Assembly: GCA_964187785.1 (NCBI GenBank)
Contig: OZ076411.1
Coordinates: 42,284,001 to 42,348,000, forward strand
Origin: Amphiscolops sp. MND2022
Lineage: Eukaryota
Length of the DNA stretch: 64,000 bases
Reading direction: 5' to 3'
Shown here: positions 27,056 through 39,175 of the stretch, piece after piece
Layout of the letters: each line of letters starts with the position of its first letter
Position numbering within the stretch: the stretch's first letter is position 1
Notes under the pieces: model-generated
Seen by the model: only the letters and a program-made list of their open reading frames with translations
Databases searched by the model: none
What the model was told of the DNA's origin: nothing
Position numbers and translations under genes: made by a program

Positions 27056-28420
27056 TTTGAATTTTTCACACTCTATTAGGATCCATTTACACTGTTTACA
27101 GCAAAATTTCGAAAACATTAGCTAGAACTCGCCATGAGCGCTTCCTGATTGACCATGCACTGCTTTGATTAAACTTCAAAATTGAACTTTGATAAAATAG
27201 GCCCCTTCGGGGCTCAGTACTATTTCTGCTTTAATCTTTATTTTTTTTGAAACAAAAAAATCATTAATAAAAGAATCATATCTGGAATACCAATACACTC
27301 CTGTTTAATCATTACTTAGAGCACAATTAATCACTGTAGTTTGAATTTTTCACACTCTATTAGGATCCATTTACACTGTTTACAGCAAAATTTCGAAAAC
27401 ATTAGCTAGAACTCGCCATGAGCGCTTCCTGATTGACCATGCACTGGTTTGATTAAACTTCAAAATTGAACTTTGATAAAATAGGCCCCTTCGGGGCTCA
27501 GTACTATTTCTGCTTTAATCTTTATTTTTTTTGAAACAAAAAAATCATTAAAAATAGGCCCCTCCGGGGCTCAGTACTATTTCTGCTTTAATCTTTATTT
27601 TTTTAAAACAAAAAATCATTAATAAAAGAATCATATCTGGAATACCAATACACTCCTGTTTAATCATTACTTAGAGCACAATTAATCACTGTACAAGTTT
27701 ACACCGCCTTTAATTCTTCTCGGACTAAAGAAAATATAACTAAGCGTAGACGAAGTTTCGCATTCGCATTTGAATGCAGGCGAAGCTCTCAACGAACGAA
27801 TAATTAACACTCATTCGCTTCATCTCAATGACGTCAGCATACGAATGGATAATTACCACTCGCTCGTTCTATCGCACTAGAATTGAATTGTTGTCGGCAG
27901 CTTTCCCACGCTTACACTCACTGCCGAACAAAATATCTGAATTATTCAGTAGGACGAAATTTGACGACTGAAAAAAAAAAGGACCAACTTTGAGGTTACA
28001 ATAACATTCCTGCTAAAGCAGAAATATTAATAAAAGAATCATATCTGGAATACCAATACACTCCTGTTTAATCATTACTTAGAGCACAATTAATCACTGT
28101 ACAAGTTTACACCGCCTTTAATTCTTCTCGGACTAAAAAAAATATAACTACTAAGCGTAGACGAAGTTTCGCATTCGCATTTGAATACAGGCGAAGCTCT
28201 CAACGAACGAATAATTAACACTCATTTGCTTCATCTCAATAACTCGGGGCAACGAAAGCACAATTACGAACATTCGCTCGCTTCATCTCAATGACGTCAG
28301 CATACGAATGGAAAATTACCACTCGCTCGTTCCATCGCACTAGAATTGAATTGTCTTCGGCAGCTCTCCCGCTTACACTCACTGCCGAACAAAATATCTG
28401 AATTATTCAGATCGTCCGAA
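27056..28420. repeat. Nested tandem duplications of a dispersed repeat (homologue at 49.56-50.17 kb)
   Basis: 284-bp direct repeat at 27056 and 27340; aaataggcccct-cggggctcagtact occurs three times; about 27600-27930 is repeated at about 28020-28410. Confidence 0.8.
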
Positions 28421-31029
28421 AAATTGTTCTGAAAAAAAAGTAGGCGTTTCCAGATTTCAATAATATTCCTGCTAAAGCAGAAATATTAATTAAAAAGCTT
28501 CAATACTTCTATACTGAAAAAAAGTAAACGCGAATTGGAAATTTTTGCAGGACCAAAAACATTGGCAGTTACACGGCATCATTCGTCAGGCAATTTGTTA
28601 AACAGAGTAAAAGTAATTTCGTAGAACTAGAAGTACCAACGACCAGATTTTGAACAAAATTGAACTTCAAACATTGGAGAGCTTGCAGGTCTGTTCCATC
28701 AAGATTTCGGAAAAAGTTACTTATAGTGCAAACATGAAAAACGTTCAATCCGGGGCTCAGTAAAATTCTGCAAACGCAAAAAGCCAAAATATATCGTAAG
28801 ATAAACTGTATAATTTTGCGGGAAAAAGGCTCGAACAGCAGTTTTAGTCAGCTCTTTTTGAAACAAGACGCCCGCTGAGCAGCGAGATATTTTCCGCCCC
28901 AGAACTGTTCTACAACTATATAAATTTGAGACTCAAGAATAGCCAATGCACTATGAAAAAAAGTTCGAAGAAAAAAGCTTTCATTCATCTTAGTCCATTT
29001 TTGAAGGCAACACCTAATTTATTATTTCTGCAATAGCTGTTCACTTTTTGTATTTTCGGCACTATGCGACTTACCGCGTGAAGAGAAACTTTTCGAAGAC
29101 AACTTTCGAAAAATATTTTTCAAAAATTTTAGTTTTTGAGGTTTTCTGTAAAGGAAATAAGTTTCCCGAGATTTCCCGAGTAACCCTTTTGTTACTTTTG
29201 ATACTTTGGAACTGATGAGTTCTCTTGATCATTGTGGAAAATGCCATTTTCATTTTTGTTTTTGGGTCATTCTCATGTTTTCTTCCTACGTGGGAAACTG
29301 CAAAAACATTTTCCTTTTGAAGGTTTACTCCATATCTAGTGATTTTGCTTGGAGCTTTTTGAATATTAAATATTTCACAAATAAGGTCAAAAAAGAATTT
29401 TACGTTGTCAAATAAATTCTGACACCTTTGTTGTAAACTCGAAGAACTTCATCGTACTTTCTTTCCCAAATTGCGTTTTGAATATTGTTTCAGCGTTCAG
29501 GTAAATGGAATTTCTATTCCACAAAACTTTCGTAGTTTGAACAAAAATTTCGACTTTGTCAAAAAAACGTGCTTTTTTGTCGTTTGTTGGATTTTGGGGT
29601 GTTTTTGAGGCCAATTCCAGAAACATTGCAGTTATATCTTCAAAAATGCCTACTGGATACCGGGATTAGTCATTACTAAGTTTTTTAAACCTCTTTATGC
29701 AAGGAAGTAGCTTAAAAGTTGTACAAAAAAGTGCAAAAAAGGTTTTTTAAATGAAAATTCTCAGTTTTTGCATTATTTGGGTCATTCTGAGGAAACTTTC
29801 TGCCATAAAATATGCAAGTTTCTCTTCAAAAAATGTGCTGCGGACCTAATTTTATCATCTTAAGCTTTTCGAAGCTTTTATTTTTGTAATTTTCCAATGG
29901 CAAAAGTTTCTAGTCTCAAATAAAAATTCACTGGAAATGTCAGAAATAGGCAAATTTCGACTTTTCGCGGTCAATTCTGACCATTTTCCAACCGAAGTCT
30001 GCAAATTTTTCCTCAAGAGCCTACGAAAGCTCTCGGAATTTGTACAGAAATTGCATCAAAACGACAAAAACTTTAAATTTATTGACATTTTCTGAGTCAA
30101 TTTGAGGAATTTTCTATTACAAATGGTATTTATCTCTCGACGAAAGCTCAATGAAACGAGGAGTACTGCCATTGTTTAGGGCTTTTAATATTCTAGTCCA
30201 CGAAGTCTATCGATAATTTGACAAAAACTGCATAAAAGTTTGAACATTTTGTCTATTTCAGTGCCAATTTGAGATATTTTTCAACTTCAAAACCGCAATA
30301 ATCTCTTCATAAAACACTACTGGACAACAAATCCTAACTTTGATGACCGTTTTCAACATTCCAATCCACGAAGTCTGTGGAAATTTGCATAAAAACTTTG
30401 AAAGTTTGAAAAATTTGGGTTTTTTGTCTATTTCTATGCCAATTTGAGATATTTTAAACTTGAAAACCGCAATTATCTCTTCATAAAAGGCTACTAGACA
30501 ACGAACCTGTTCCTCGTCAACTCTTTTCAACATTCCAATATACGAAGTTGACAAAAATTGTGTACTACACTGTACTCCAAAATTTTTGGATTTTTAACGT
30601 TTCTAGTAGAAACGTTAAAAATCCAAAAATTTTGGAGTTTTTGTCATTTTTGGCGTAATCTTTCTTTTAGAAAACCGCATTTATCTCTTCATAGAAGACT
30701 ATTGGACAACGAACTGGGTCATTATGGGGTCATTTTCGTCATTCCTAGAAAAGTCCAAAAATCTCCACAAATACATCTCACGAAGCTAAATTTACGTGAG
30801 TTGAATTCTATGGGTAACACCCTCTATGGTGAATATAAATTTCGTGCTTGGCAAATTTTGTAAAAAACCGTTTGATTTAAATATTTTCCTTTCCCATATG
30901 AAATATGGGCGGAAAATAAAAAAAAGGCAAGATTCTTACAGTGGCAAGATTCTTCAAATTGTCACTGTAGAGGACACTTCTATTTCATGATGTATTCTAT
31001 AATACCCAGAGGAAATTTCAAGTGAAGAT

Positions 31030-31100
31030 CGATGAACTAGTGGTTCGGGTGCCTGCTTTGCAAACAGGAGGTGGTGGGTTCGAATACCCCGCAGGACAAA
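31030..31100 (+). mobile_element. tRNA-Ala-like SINE head or pseudo-tRNA
   Basis: tagtggtt (A box), gcctgctttgcaaacaggagg (Ala-TGC-like arm) and ggttcgaatacc (B box). The acceptor stem does not close. Confidence 0.5.
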
Positions 31101-32144
31101 TTTTGTTTCAAGTTTGCAAAGCTAGACTGTCACGAGGTTTTACGTTTTTCCCCGCACTGTTAACTCAGTTAAGGATAAGCATTTTTGGAGTCTCAGGGGT
31201 GCCCCATTCGGGAGTTTTTTGAAACTGTGAAATTGATAATCGTTTTCGAGCATATTTAGAAGACTATTTTGAGACTTAGGCTGGGCGCCGACTTGGACTG
31301 TTACCTGCTTTTCATTTTTATACGATTTTTAAAGCTTCAACAACTGCTCCGTAAGACGCAAAAAATGCTCTATATACCAAATTCGTTTTTTATATCAAAA
31401 CGCTAATGGTATAGTTTATTTTGAGATCCTAAGTTTACTTGATCCTGAGAAGTCCAGAGTCTTCTGTTTCCAAAGGAAGCAAACTAACCACTAGACCCAG
31501 TAGACCTCGATACACATTTTTGCTTAAAATTTAATTTTTCCGGCAATTCGTTGGGCTTTTAAAAGTCATTGCAAAAGTCTATTCTTCCTTCGAAAACGAC
31601 GGAAAAAGAACAAAAACGCACCAGTGTATGCAAATGGAATAAACTCAAAAACCATGAAAACTAAAAAAAATCAAACATGCATCTCACAGATAGCAATGAA
31701 ATCAAATGCATTCGAGGGACAAATATAACTACTCAACTACTTCACCAGCACAAAAACAAACAATAGCTGAACCATCATTTTCCAACTTGCAGGTGCTAAA
31801 CGAGTTCGCCAGAGGGAAAAGCGGCGGCATTTCCGAATAACGTTTGCTGCTGTTTCACAATGCCCCGCCATGTGACTGTTTTGAGCTTCTTTGACGTACG
31901 TCAGTCAAAAATACCCAGATGATTTCGGAATAGTTTTCTCCTCATGTTCAATGAATCTATCTGGTGAACAGCGTAGCTTCAAAACATAACACCATGTCGT
32001 TATTATTCATTTGGACACCTAATTGTAAGGAGGGATTTGGATTGGACACAAAATAGCTCGAAACCAGTGTTATTTTGCAAGCAATCAAAAATTTCGTGAG
32101 CAAACATCACCCAGTTTGCATACAGTAATGATTCTACTAGAAGC

Positions 32145-33767
32145 GGTGTGTGTTTATTTCACCCCACGTTTGAAACTATTAAATGCGGTTTAGTATCATT
32201 TCACCCGACGTTCATTTCACCCCACATTTAAATTATCAAATAGGTCTCAGACTATCGGATTACTGACTACTGCCACACAATTTCAATCTAAGCGATAAAG
32301 GAAAAACGTCTTGAATCTAATTAGCAACTGGATTATCAAACGATATTTGTTATGATATACAAAAACGGAGCCCGAAAAATTTACTCAGAATTTTATTACT
32401 TCACACTCTTGAGCAAAGTTCACTTATTCAGTAAATCGTGAAAAAGCAGTTCTTGTTGCCAGGAAACGTAATTTTCTGCACCAAACTTGTCGAAACGGCG
32501 CCGTTTACGGCACGCAACAGCCAAAAACGGCAGGATAAAAAACTCAATATTACCGACTAAAATGTCAATTAGATCATTGACAAATCAGTTTTAAACTTAA
32601 TAAACAATTTTTTGGCGGTTTCTTCCAGCATATTTGGCCGTTCTTCGATGAAAGATTTCAACCCCGAGAAAAATCTTTCCAATTCAACAGAAGTTACACA
32701 GGAGCGAAAGTGAAAATGCCAATATCAGAAGGCTGTGTAATTTCCTGGCCTTTCGAAATTTTTATCACTTTCAATAAGCCTTTGTTTTTTTGAAGAACAC
32801 TTTGAAATTTCTGCAGAGCAATTGCGCCAAACTTATTTAGGGTTTTCTTCAAATCAATTGATTTCTCTTCGATTTCCTGAACATCGTTTGACGCATTGGG
32901 AGCACAATAGTTCTGGGATTGGCTTCTCTTTATATAAACTATCAAAAAGCTCAAATTTTTCATCAATCCAACTTCAGCCATATTCTCAGAATTTTCCATT
33001 TGTCCCAGTGCAATTTTGGACATTTGGCAGTCGCTCTGTGTTGCAAGAAAATCTTTCAGTTGAGTCCAGTTTTTGCTTACAAACTGGATTGTTTCCAAAA
33101 AGGCGCCCCATCTAATTTTTGTTGGAACAGGATAGGTCAGATTTTCCGGAACACGAAAATGCTTCAAAGCATGTCGTCTGATAGCACTTTTAAAGATTTT
33201 GTTCAGACTTTTCACCAGCGGTTTGAGACAAGTTTTTTCCACAATTTCGCAAGCAACCCGAGCCAGCAAATGCGAGAAACAAGAAACATGTTGCATTTCA
33301 CAAATATTTTCTTTCAACATTTGTGCTGCGAGAATTATAAGCTGCACTGTCGGTAACAAAAAGTCTGAATTTCGAACTCGCGTCATCTCGTCCCAATTTG
33401 GTCAAAATTGTTATTATTCTGGTAAAAACTGTAACGCCAGTTGGTGTACGAAAATCTTTTGTCATGTCGACCAGAAACGTGAAACGAATAAATAATATAC
33501 AATCAGATCTCACAAGATCACGAGATTGGCTGAAACGGCATTTCACGGCACGAGGGCACATGCCGTTAAATTACGTTTCTTGCGTACTCGGATGCTGCGA
33601 AATTTTTTCAGAAATTTACACATTTCGTTTTATTACTTATGTATGGCCAGAACATGGCAATCAAATTAAAACTAAGTCAAATTTAAATATTAAGCTCACT
33701 TATAATTGGTTAATTAAGGCGACACACACGCTTCAATAATTAAAATGTGGAGTGAAATGATAAACTG
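32145..33767 (-). mobile_element. Decayed transposase-bearing element with family B (catttcacccc) termini
   Basis: 32188-32340 is the reverse complement of the right end of 9624-10646. ggagtgaaatga lies at about 33750. tagaagc flanks both sides (32138-44 and 33768-74). Confidence 0.65.
32569..33561 (-). pseudogene. hAT-superfamily transposase, DUF659/CGGBP1-related type, two frameshifts
   Basis: Repaired reading: LFVTDSAAY-ILAAQMLK...QHVSCFSHLLARVA...PVPTKIRWGAFLE...FAP-TSVELERFFS. This gives the D, CxxH, TRW-like and hAT C-terminal ERxFS motifs. Frameshifts are near 33340 and 32695. Confidence 0.85.
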
Positions 33768-34205
33768 TAGAAGCAACAAAGCACTCGAAGAGGGCAAATA
33801 AACATAACTCATTGGCTAATTAAGGTCTCACGCACTCATTTGATTGGTTGAGAGCTATTTTCAAAACATCATTTTTTTTAGTTTTCTGCATTTTCGTCCC
33901 ATTGATACATTTTCGATTTCTAAGTAGTTTTAACAAAAATTCTCCAGAACAAGTTGAATCTGACAAGACAATTTTTAATTGGAAATATTGTAAATTGTAT
34001 TAGTATGAGCTTGTTTTAAGTTGTTGAATTCCGAAGTCCTTGTCTTAATACATGGTATTTCGAAAAGCCCAATTTTACAGCTTGTTTTGCTACGATTTTA
34101 CAATTTCTAAATCAAAACATATTAGGGGCTTCGGTAAATTCATTGGTGTTCGGTCCATTGAATTTGAATTTCTCAAAACTTTTGAGCAAAAGTAGATCAA
34201 AAGTG

Positions 34206-34740
34206 AAACAAGCCGGGAACGGCCCAAGTCGGTGCCATATCTAAGGCTCAATAAGACTCGAAAACCATTTTTTTCTACAACTGGAGACAAAAGCTCTCAA
34301 AAAACTAAAAATTGAGGAAAAAATTTTTCCGAACTTTTTTTCGAAGTTTCTTTTGAAGTCTCCGGTAAGTCGCATAGTGCCGAAAAATGTAAAAGGGGGG
34401 ACCCTTTGGAATTTTTTGAACATCCATTCTGTCGCAAAATATCAAAAAACTGATGGGGGGAGCAATAAAAAAATTTCGGAAAAAAATGAGAAATTTCGGA
34501 AAAAATGAGAAACTTGAAAAAACTCATAGTGCCAAAAAAGGTGGAAAGTCTCATAGTGTCAAAAAAAGTGGAAGGGGGGACCCTTCTGCTTTGGAATGGC
34601 TTTTTATCTCATGTTAGAGGCTTTGGATGCGTTTAAAATGAAGTACTAAGTACATATGGTAAAAGTGCGTAATGCACAAAAAGTGGACCGATCGCGTTTA
34701 ACTGACGAAAAAAACTAGCCACTGTAAGAGTCAGGTTTTT
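34206..34740 (+). mobile_element. HINE-like element
   Basis: aacaagccgggaacggcccaagtcggtgccatatctaaggctc start and gggggaccct core; the 3' hairpin is degenerate. Confidence 0.6.
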
Positions 34741-35434
34741 CTTCGAAAACACCCACTCAAAACCTGAAATTTGCACTAATTTGGCTAAAAATGGCCTATG
34801 GTTACTTTTATTTTCATCGCACAATTTTGAAACATGCATTTGTAAAGTAAATGAAACTAAAAATTTTTAAATTCATTTTTCAAAACTCACTGGCGGTTTT
34901 GAGATATTCGATTGAGATTTGCCGCCTGTTGCTTTTTATAGAATCACTACTATAGACACTTCAGAATCAGTGTTGTCAACAATTTTGTAGTTCGCTTATA
35001 AAATTTTCCAATGTTTGAACATACTATTTCCGGATCCTGGAACAAGTTTTTGCAAATTCACGTCCCACAGAACGAGTTTTCAATTTTTGTATTATGGATA
35101 GAATCTACTGCATCCACTGAAGCCGATAAAGCGTTTTGTTTAAGAAAATGTCGGAAATTTATATCTTGGTTTTCTTGAAGTTGAATTTTATATATCATCT
35201 TGGTGCATTGCATTATTAATGTTTTTTCTCTCTGGAATGTCTTGTTCAAGTTTTTTTTTAGAATTTCGTAATGAAAACCACCAGTGGGTACTTTTGTTGA
35301 GAAACATTTGAAATATTGAAAATATAGAGAAAAATTGCCGTCTTCACTTTCAAAACTTTGAAACGAGGTCAGTGATACTATTCCTTTTTTGTCGGAGTTC
35401 AAATACTTGTTCACAATCAGGGGTCCAATATTAT

Positions 35435-35858
35435 GGCTCTTCTCTGTTCCTCTCATCTTTGAAATTTTTTCAATATTTTTTAGCCTTCAACATTTCATAT
35501 AAAATTTCTGATAATGGAAATTAAACTCAAATGAATGAGATTTACGTTTGAACTTGAAAATTTCACATTGAATTCGATCAAACCAATTGTTTTTTAGTCA
35601 CGAGATACAGCCGTTGACTTTTCAAAACTTTTCATTTGATGATTTTGGGACTCAAAAAGGAAACTGTTGATTTCCTAATCAAGAATGCGTGAAAAAATGT
35701 GAACAAAATTTGTATCTGGATCCTAAACTGTCACCCTGAGAATAAATTTATTTAGTTGAAGGTTTTTGGTTGAGTTTCAAGCTTTTTTGTTCGGATATTT
35801 TCACTAACTTTGCAAAGAAAATTTGGCAGCGGTGGTGGTGGTAGGGGAGCAAAAAAGA
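35435..35858. mobile_element. Older copy of the ggctcttttctg hAT-type MITE
   Basis: The body aligns with 35950-36361. Termini are degenerate and no clear TSD is seen. Confidence 0.5.
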
Positions 35859-35949
35859 ACCCAGCTCTGAGAGACAATTTTCATAACTATCAGAAACTTC
35901 GATTATACTTTCGAAATCACAAAACAACTGTTCTCACTTAATAGCCTTC

Positions 35950-36361
35950 GGCTCTTTTCTGTTTTCCCCCCCACCACCAAAATTTTTGAAAATAACTTTC
36001 CTTAAAAACATTAGACTAACCTTATTAAAAGTAAAACCTTCTTTCATAACAGGAAGTTAACTTCTATTAGAGTAGTTTTCCGCTTGAACAAAACATTGTT
36101 CACACATTTTCACTATAATTATGTTCGTATTAAGTGTTTTTCGATGACTCAAAACAGGAAGCTGTTGATTTCTTCATCAAAAATGCGTGACTGCATAGGG
36201 AAAAAGTGTGAACAAAGTTTGTATCTGAATCCTAAACTATCACCCTTAGAATAAATTTAAAACTGAAGCTTTCTTGTTTGTATCCAAGTCTATTTGTTAT
36301 AAGATTTTCACTAATTTTCCAAAAAAAATTTTGGTGGTGGGGGGGAAAACAGAAAAGAGCC
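35950..36361. mobile_element. hAT-type MITE with an 8-bp TSD
   Basis: TIR ggctcttttctgttttccccccc / gggggggaaaacagaaaagagcc. TSD tagccttc at 35942-49 and 36362-69. Confidence 0.9.
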
Positions 36362-36444
36362 TAGCCTTCTCACAATCATGACAAGACACCACTTTCTGAA
36401 ATCTTCTCTATTCAGTTGATTTTAGAATAAATAAACTATAAAAT

Positions 36445-36508
36445 ATGCCCAAACATCAGTCGACCGTATCCCAACAGGGTTCAACGATCAACGTCATCAC
36501 TGGAGCAT
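36445..36508 (-). promoter_or_regulatory. SECIS element (type II) in the 3' UTR of GPx4 copy 2
   Basis: Minus strand: atgctc/gggcat helix I; AUGAC/UGAU quartet; 9-bp helix II gttgatcgt/acggtcgac; unpaired AA; ccc-tgtt-ggg mini-stem. It starts 12 nt after the stop codon. Confidence 0.88.
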
Positions 36509-36520
36509 TTGAAAGAGCAA

Positions 36521-37218
36521 TCATTTACGCATATCCTCACCGAGCAACCTTTCGATGTCCTTTACCATGTCCACAGGCGCCCTTTTCAGTCCAAACTTCA
36601 TCCTGGGCACGCCTTTGCGATCGATGAGATACTTGGTGAAGTTCCAGTAACATCTGCCCAGCTTGCTGCTCAAGAATGCAAACAGAGGGTGCTGGCCACA
36701 ACATGTAACTTTGATTTTGGCAAACAGATCGTAGGTGACATCGAAAGTTTTCACGAACCTTTTGATTTCTTCGTTGCTCTTGGGCTCCTGCATAAACTGA
36801 TTGCAAGGGAAAGCGAGAATCCTCAAACCACGTTCCTCGTAATGATTATAGATCTCTTGCAGTTGAACGTAATTCTCAGTGCTTTTTCCTCATTTCGAAG
36901 CAGTGTTAACCACTATACAAACGAGGCCTTGATATTCTCCAAGCGAAACCTTGTGTTCGTCAATGTCTCGAACTTCAAACTAAGCTCACGTTTTTTCCTT
37001 TTTACTCAATTTTGACAAATTTCAAAAATGGAAGAAAAGACGCAACACTTGTTTAGTTTATTACAAGTCTTGTATCCAAAATTTGCAAACTGGAGTAAAA
37101 CAACCTCTCTGAATGGCTCATTTCCGAAGTTAATGGCAGGGAAAGAGTAAAAAGGGAAAGTTGCCTGATATATCGTGTCCTGAACCCGAGGCTTATCAAT
37201 AGGACCAACATCCACCAT
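36521..37218 (-). CDS. GPX4: Selenocysteine glutathione peroxidase, GPx4-like, copy 2 (divergent, 170 aa, two exons)
   Basis: Exons 37218-37165 and 36979-36521 with a 185-nt GC-AG intron (CAG|GCAACT...CTTAG). The join gives QDTIYQ|FEVRDID, matching KTIYQFMVKDID in copy 1. In-frame TGA at 36890-92: VNTASK-U-GKSTENY. FPCNQF-QEP and WNFTKYL are present. Confidence 0.88.
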
Positions 37219-37595
37219 TATCAAATTGAGTGAGATTTATAATATGTATGTGAAAACAAAGCTAAGAAAATTGATTCACGAACAATGACTCATGCTTTGT
37301 TATAATTACTTAGCGTAGTGTCTTAGCTATCTATATATAATCAATTGACAGCCAAAGTTCACCATAGAACTATAATGTGCTGCCTTTTGACTTGGAAAAG
37401 TGGCACGAGAGCTTTCGTTAATATTTTCCAACAGTTTCGATTAATTTTTTCTGGTATCTCATTACGAGACACATCCCGGTAACGAACTAGCAGGATCCTG
37501 CTAGTTCGATTTTTGTCCAATCAGAGCGCGAATATTTTTTTGGAAGATTTACACTTGTCACACATTACACGCATTGATAAGTCATTACACTAGTT

Positions 37596-37998
37596 GGCTC
37601 TTTTCTGTCCCCCCCCACCAAAATTTTTGGAATTCAATTTCCTTAAAAACTTTAGACTAGCCTAATTAAAAGTAAAACCTTCTTTCATAATGGGAAGTTA
37701 ACGTCTATGGGAATAGTTTTTTTTTGCTTGAACTAAACATTATTCACGCTTTTTGACTATAATTATGTTCGTATTAAGTGTTTATTGATTACTCAAAACA
37801 GGAAACTGTTGATTTCTTCATAACAATGCGTGACTACATATTGAAAAAAACGTGAAGAAAGTTTGTATCTGGATCCTAATCTGTCACACTAAGAATAAAT
37901 GTAAATTTGAAGCTTTCTGGTTTGTATTCTTTTTGTTATAACATTTTCACCAATTTTTCAAAAAACTTTGGTGGTGAGTGGGGGAACAGAAAAGAGCC
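37596..37998. mobile_element. hAT-type MITE with an 8-bp TSD (same family as 35950)
   Basis: TIR ggctcttttctg / cagaaaagagcc. TSD cactagtt at 37588-95 and 37999-38006. Confidence 0.9.
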
Positions 37999-38615
37999 CA
38001 CTAGTTGACACAGCTTCGTAAATTGGCCAGTTTACACAAGCGGAAATTACAGTAATTGACTAGTATATTTAATATTTTCGAAATATTAATCAATACCCTC
38101 GTTATGAGAAAAATTCAGCGAGTATTTGTTTTAATATAAAACAGTTGATTTGACCTGATTCATAGTCAAAAATTGTGATGTTTCATTTGTATTATTTCAG
38201 TCAAAAATTAAATTCAGGCTGCGAGCGTATTGATTCACAATGAAAGATTTATTTAGCCTAATTGTTGTGATAAACTTATTAAATAGATGTGATATGTAAG
38301 CCCGGACACTCTGGATTGGGTAGCCCTAATTCTACATAGGGATTTCAGTGGCCGGCATTGTATGCTAGTGCTGCTTCAATAGACGATTACAGCTCCTGAG
38401 CTTTTATTTTACCCAGTGGTGCGGCGAGGCACAAGAAGGAGTATCAACAACCGACACAACCCCTTCACAGCCAGGTTGTTTCACTCCTATATTTCTTTTT
38501 AATTACCTTCTCACCTGAATTTTATCTTTTAAATTTTAATCGTTTCTTTTTTAAATTGAATTCTTTTTTATAAAAATCAAATGATCTTCCGATACTGCTC
38601 CGCTTCTGTTTCAGG

Positions 38616-39155
38616 ATGTCCCGATTTCAACCCAGTCAGTTGAGTCAGAGAACGACCAATCTTGTAATCGGTACCTCCAGAACCAAATATATTAGATCAA
38701 AAGAAGTTGGTGCAGCTGTTCATTCATACCGAGGTGCAACTCTTCTCGAGCTCTGCAACATAGTCGAGCGATATCCGAACCAGAAAATCAACACCCTCAT
38801 CCTCGTGGCTGGCTTCAATGATCATCGCGACGCAGTCAATTCTTTTGTAGAAAATTGGAAGTTTTTAATTCAATTAGTGTACTTGAAGTTTAACCCCTCA
38901 CAATTAATTATCCCCAAGACCATTGCGACCTCTAATAATCATTTAATCAACAGGAAAATTAACTAATTGAATTTTGCTTTCTATAACTTGTTGACCTCAT
39001 TGAATCTCCCAATAATCTCTCCCCAACTTAACCGTGATTTTGATCACAAGATTTTTAGCAGGGACGGTATTCATTTCTCCAGATTTGGGAATTTTGTCTT
39101 CACCCAAATTTTGAAGTTTTATATAAATTTCTTTTCATGTAGTCCAAGAAATTAA
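38616..39155 (+). CDS. Retrotransposon ORF1, SGNH/GDSL esterase-like, interrupted by one in-frame TAA (38964-66)
   Basis: The four SGNH blocks are visible: LVIGTS, YRGA, VAGFND and RDGIHF. ORFs 38616-38966 and 38967-39155 are contiguous and in frame. Confidence 0.75.
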
Positions 39156-39175
39156 TTGACAGCTCTCCCTCCGAA

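Noticed and set aside
36980-37020. 41-nt AT-AG 'intron' joining SSIFE to FEVRDID in GPx copy 2
   Set aside because: Non-canonical ends and very short. The GC-AG intron from 37164 gives a better match to the paralogue.
35950-37998. Composite transposon that delivered GPx copy 2
   Set aside because: Each MITE has its own distinct 8-bp TSD and there is no shared outer TSD.
38348-38420. GGCCGGCAT start identical to the genomic HDV ribozyme
   Set aside because: No downstream P1 complement or nested pseudoknot could be found, so it is probably coincidental.
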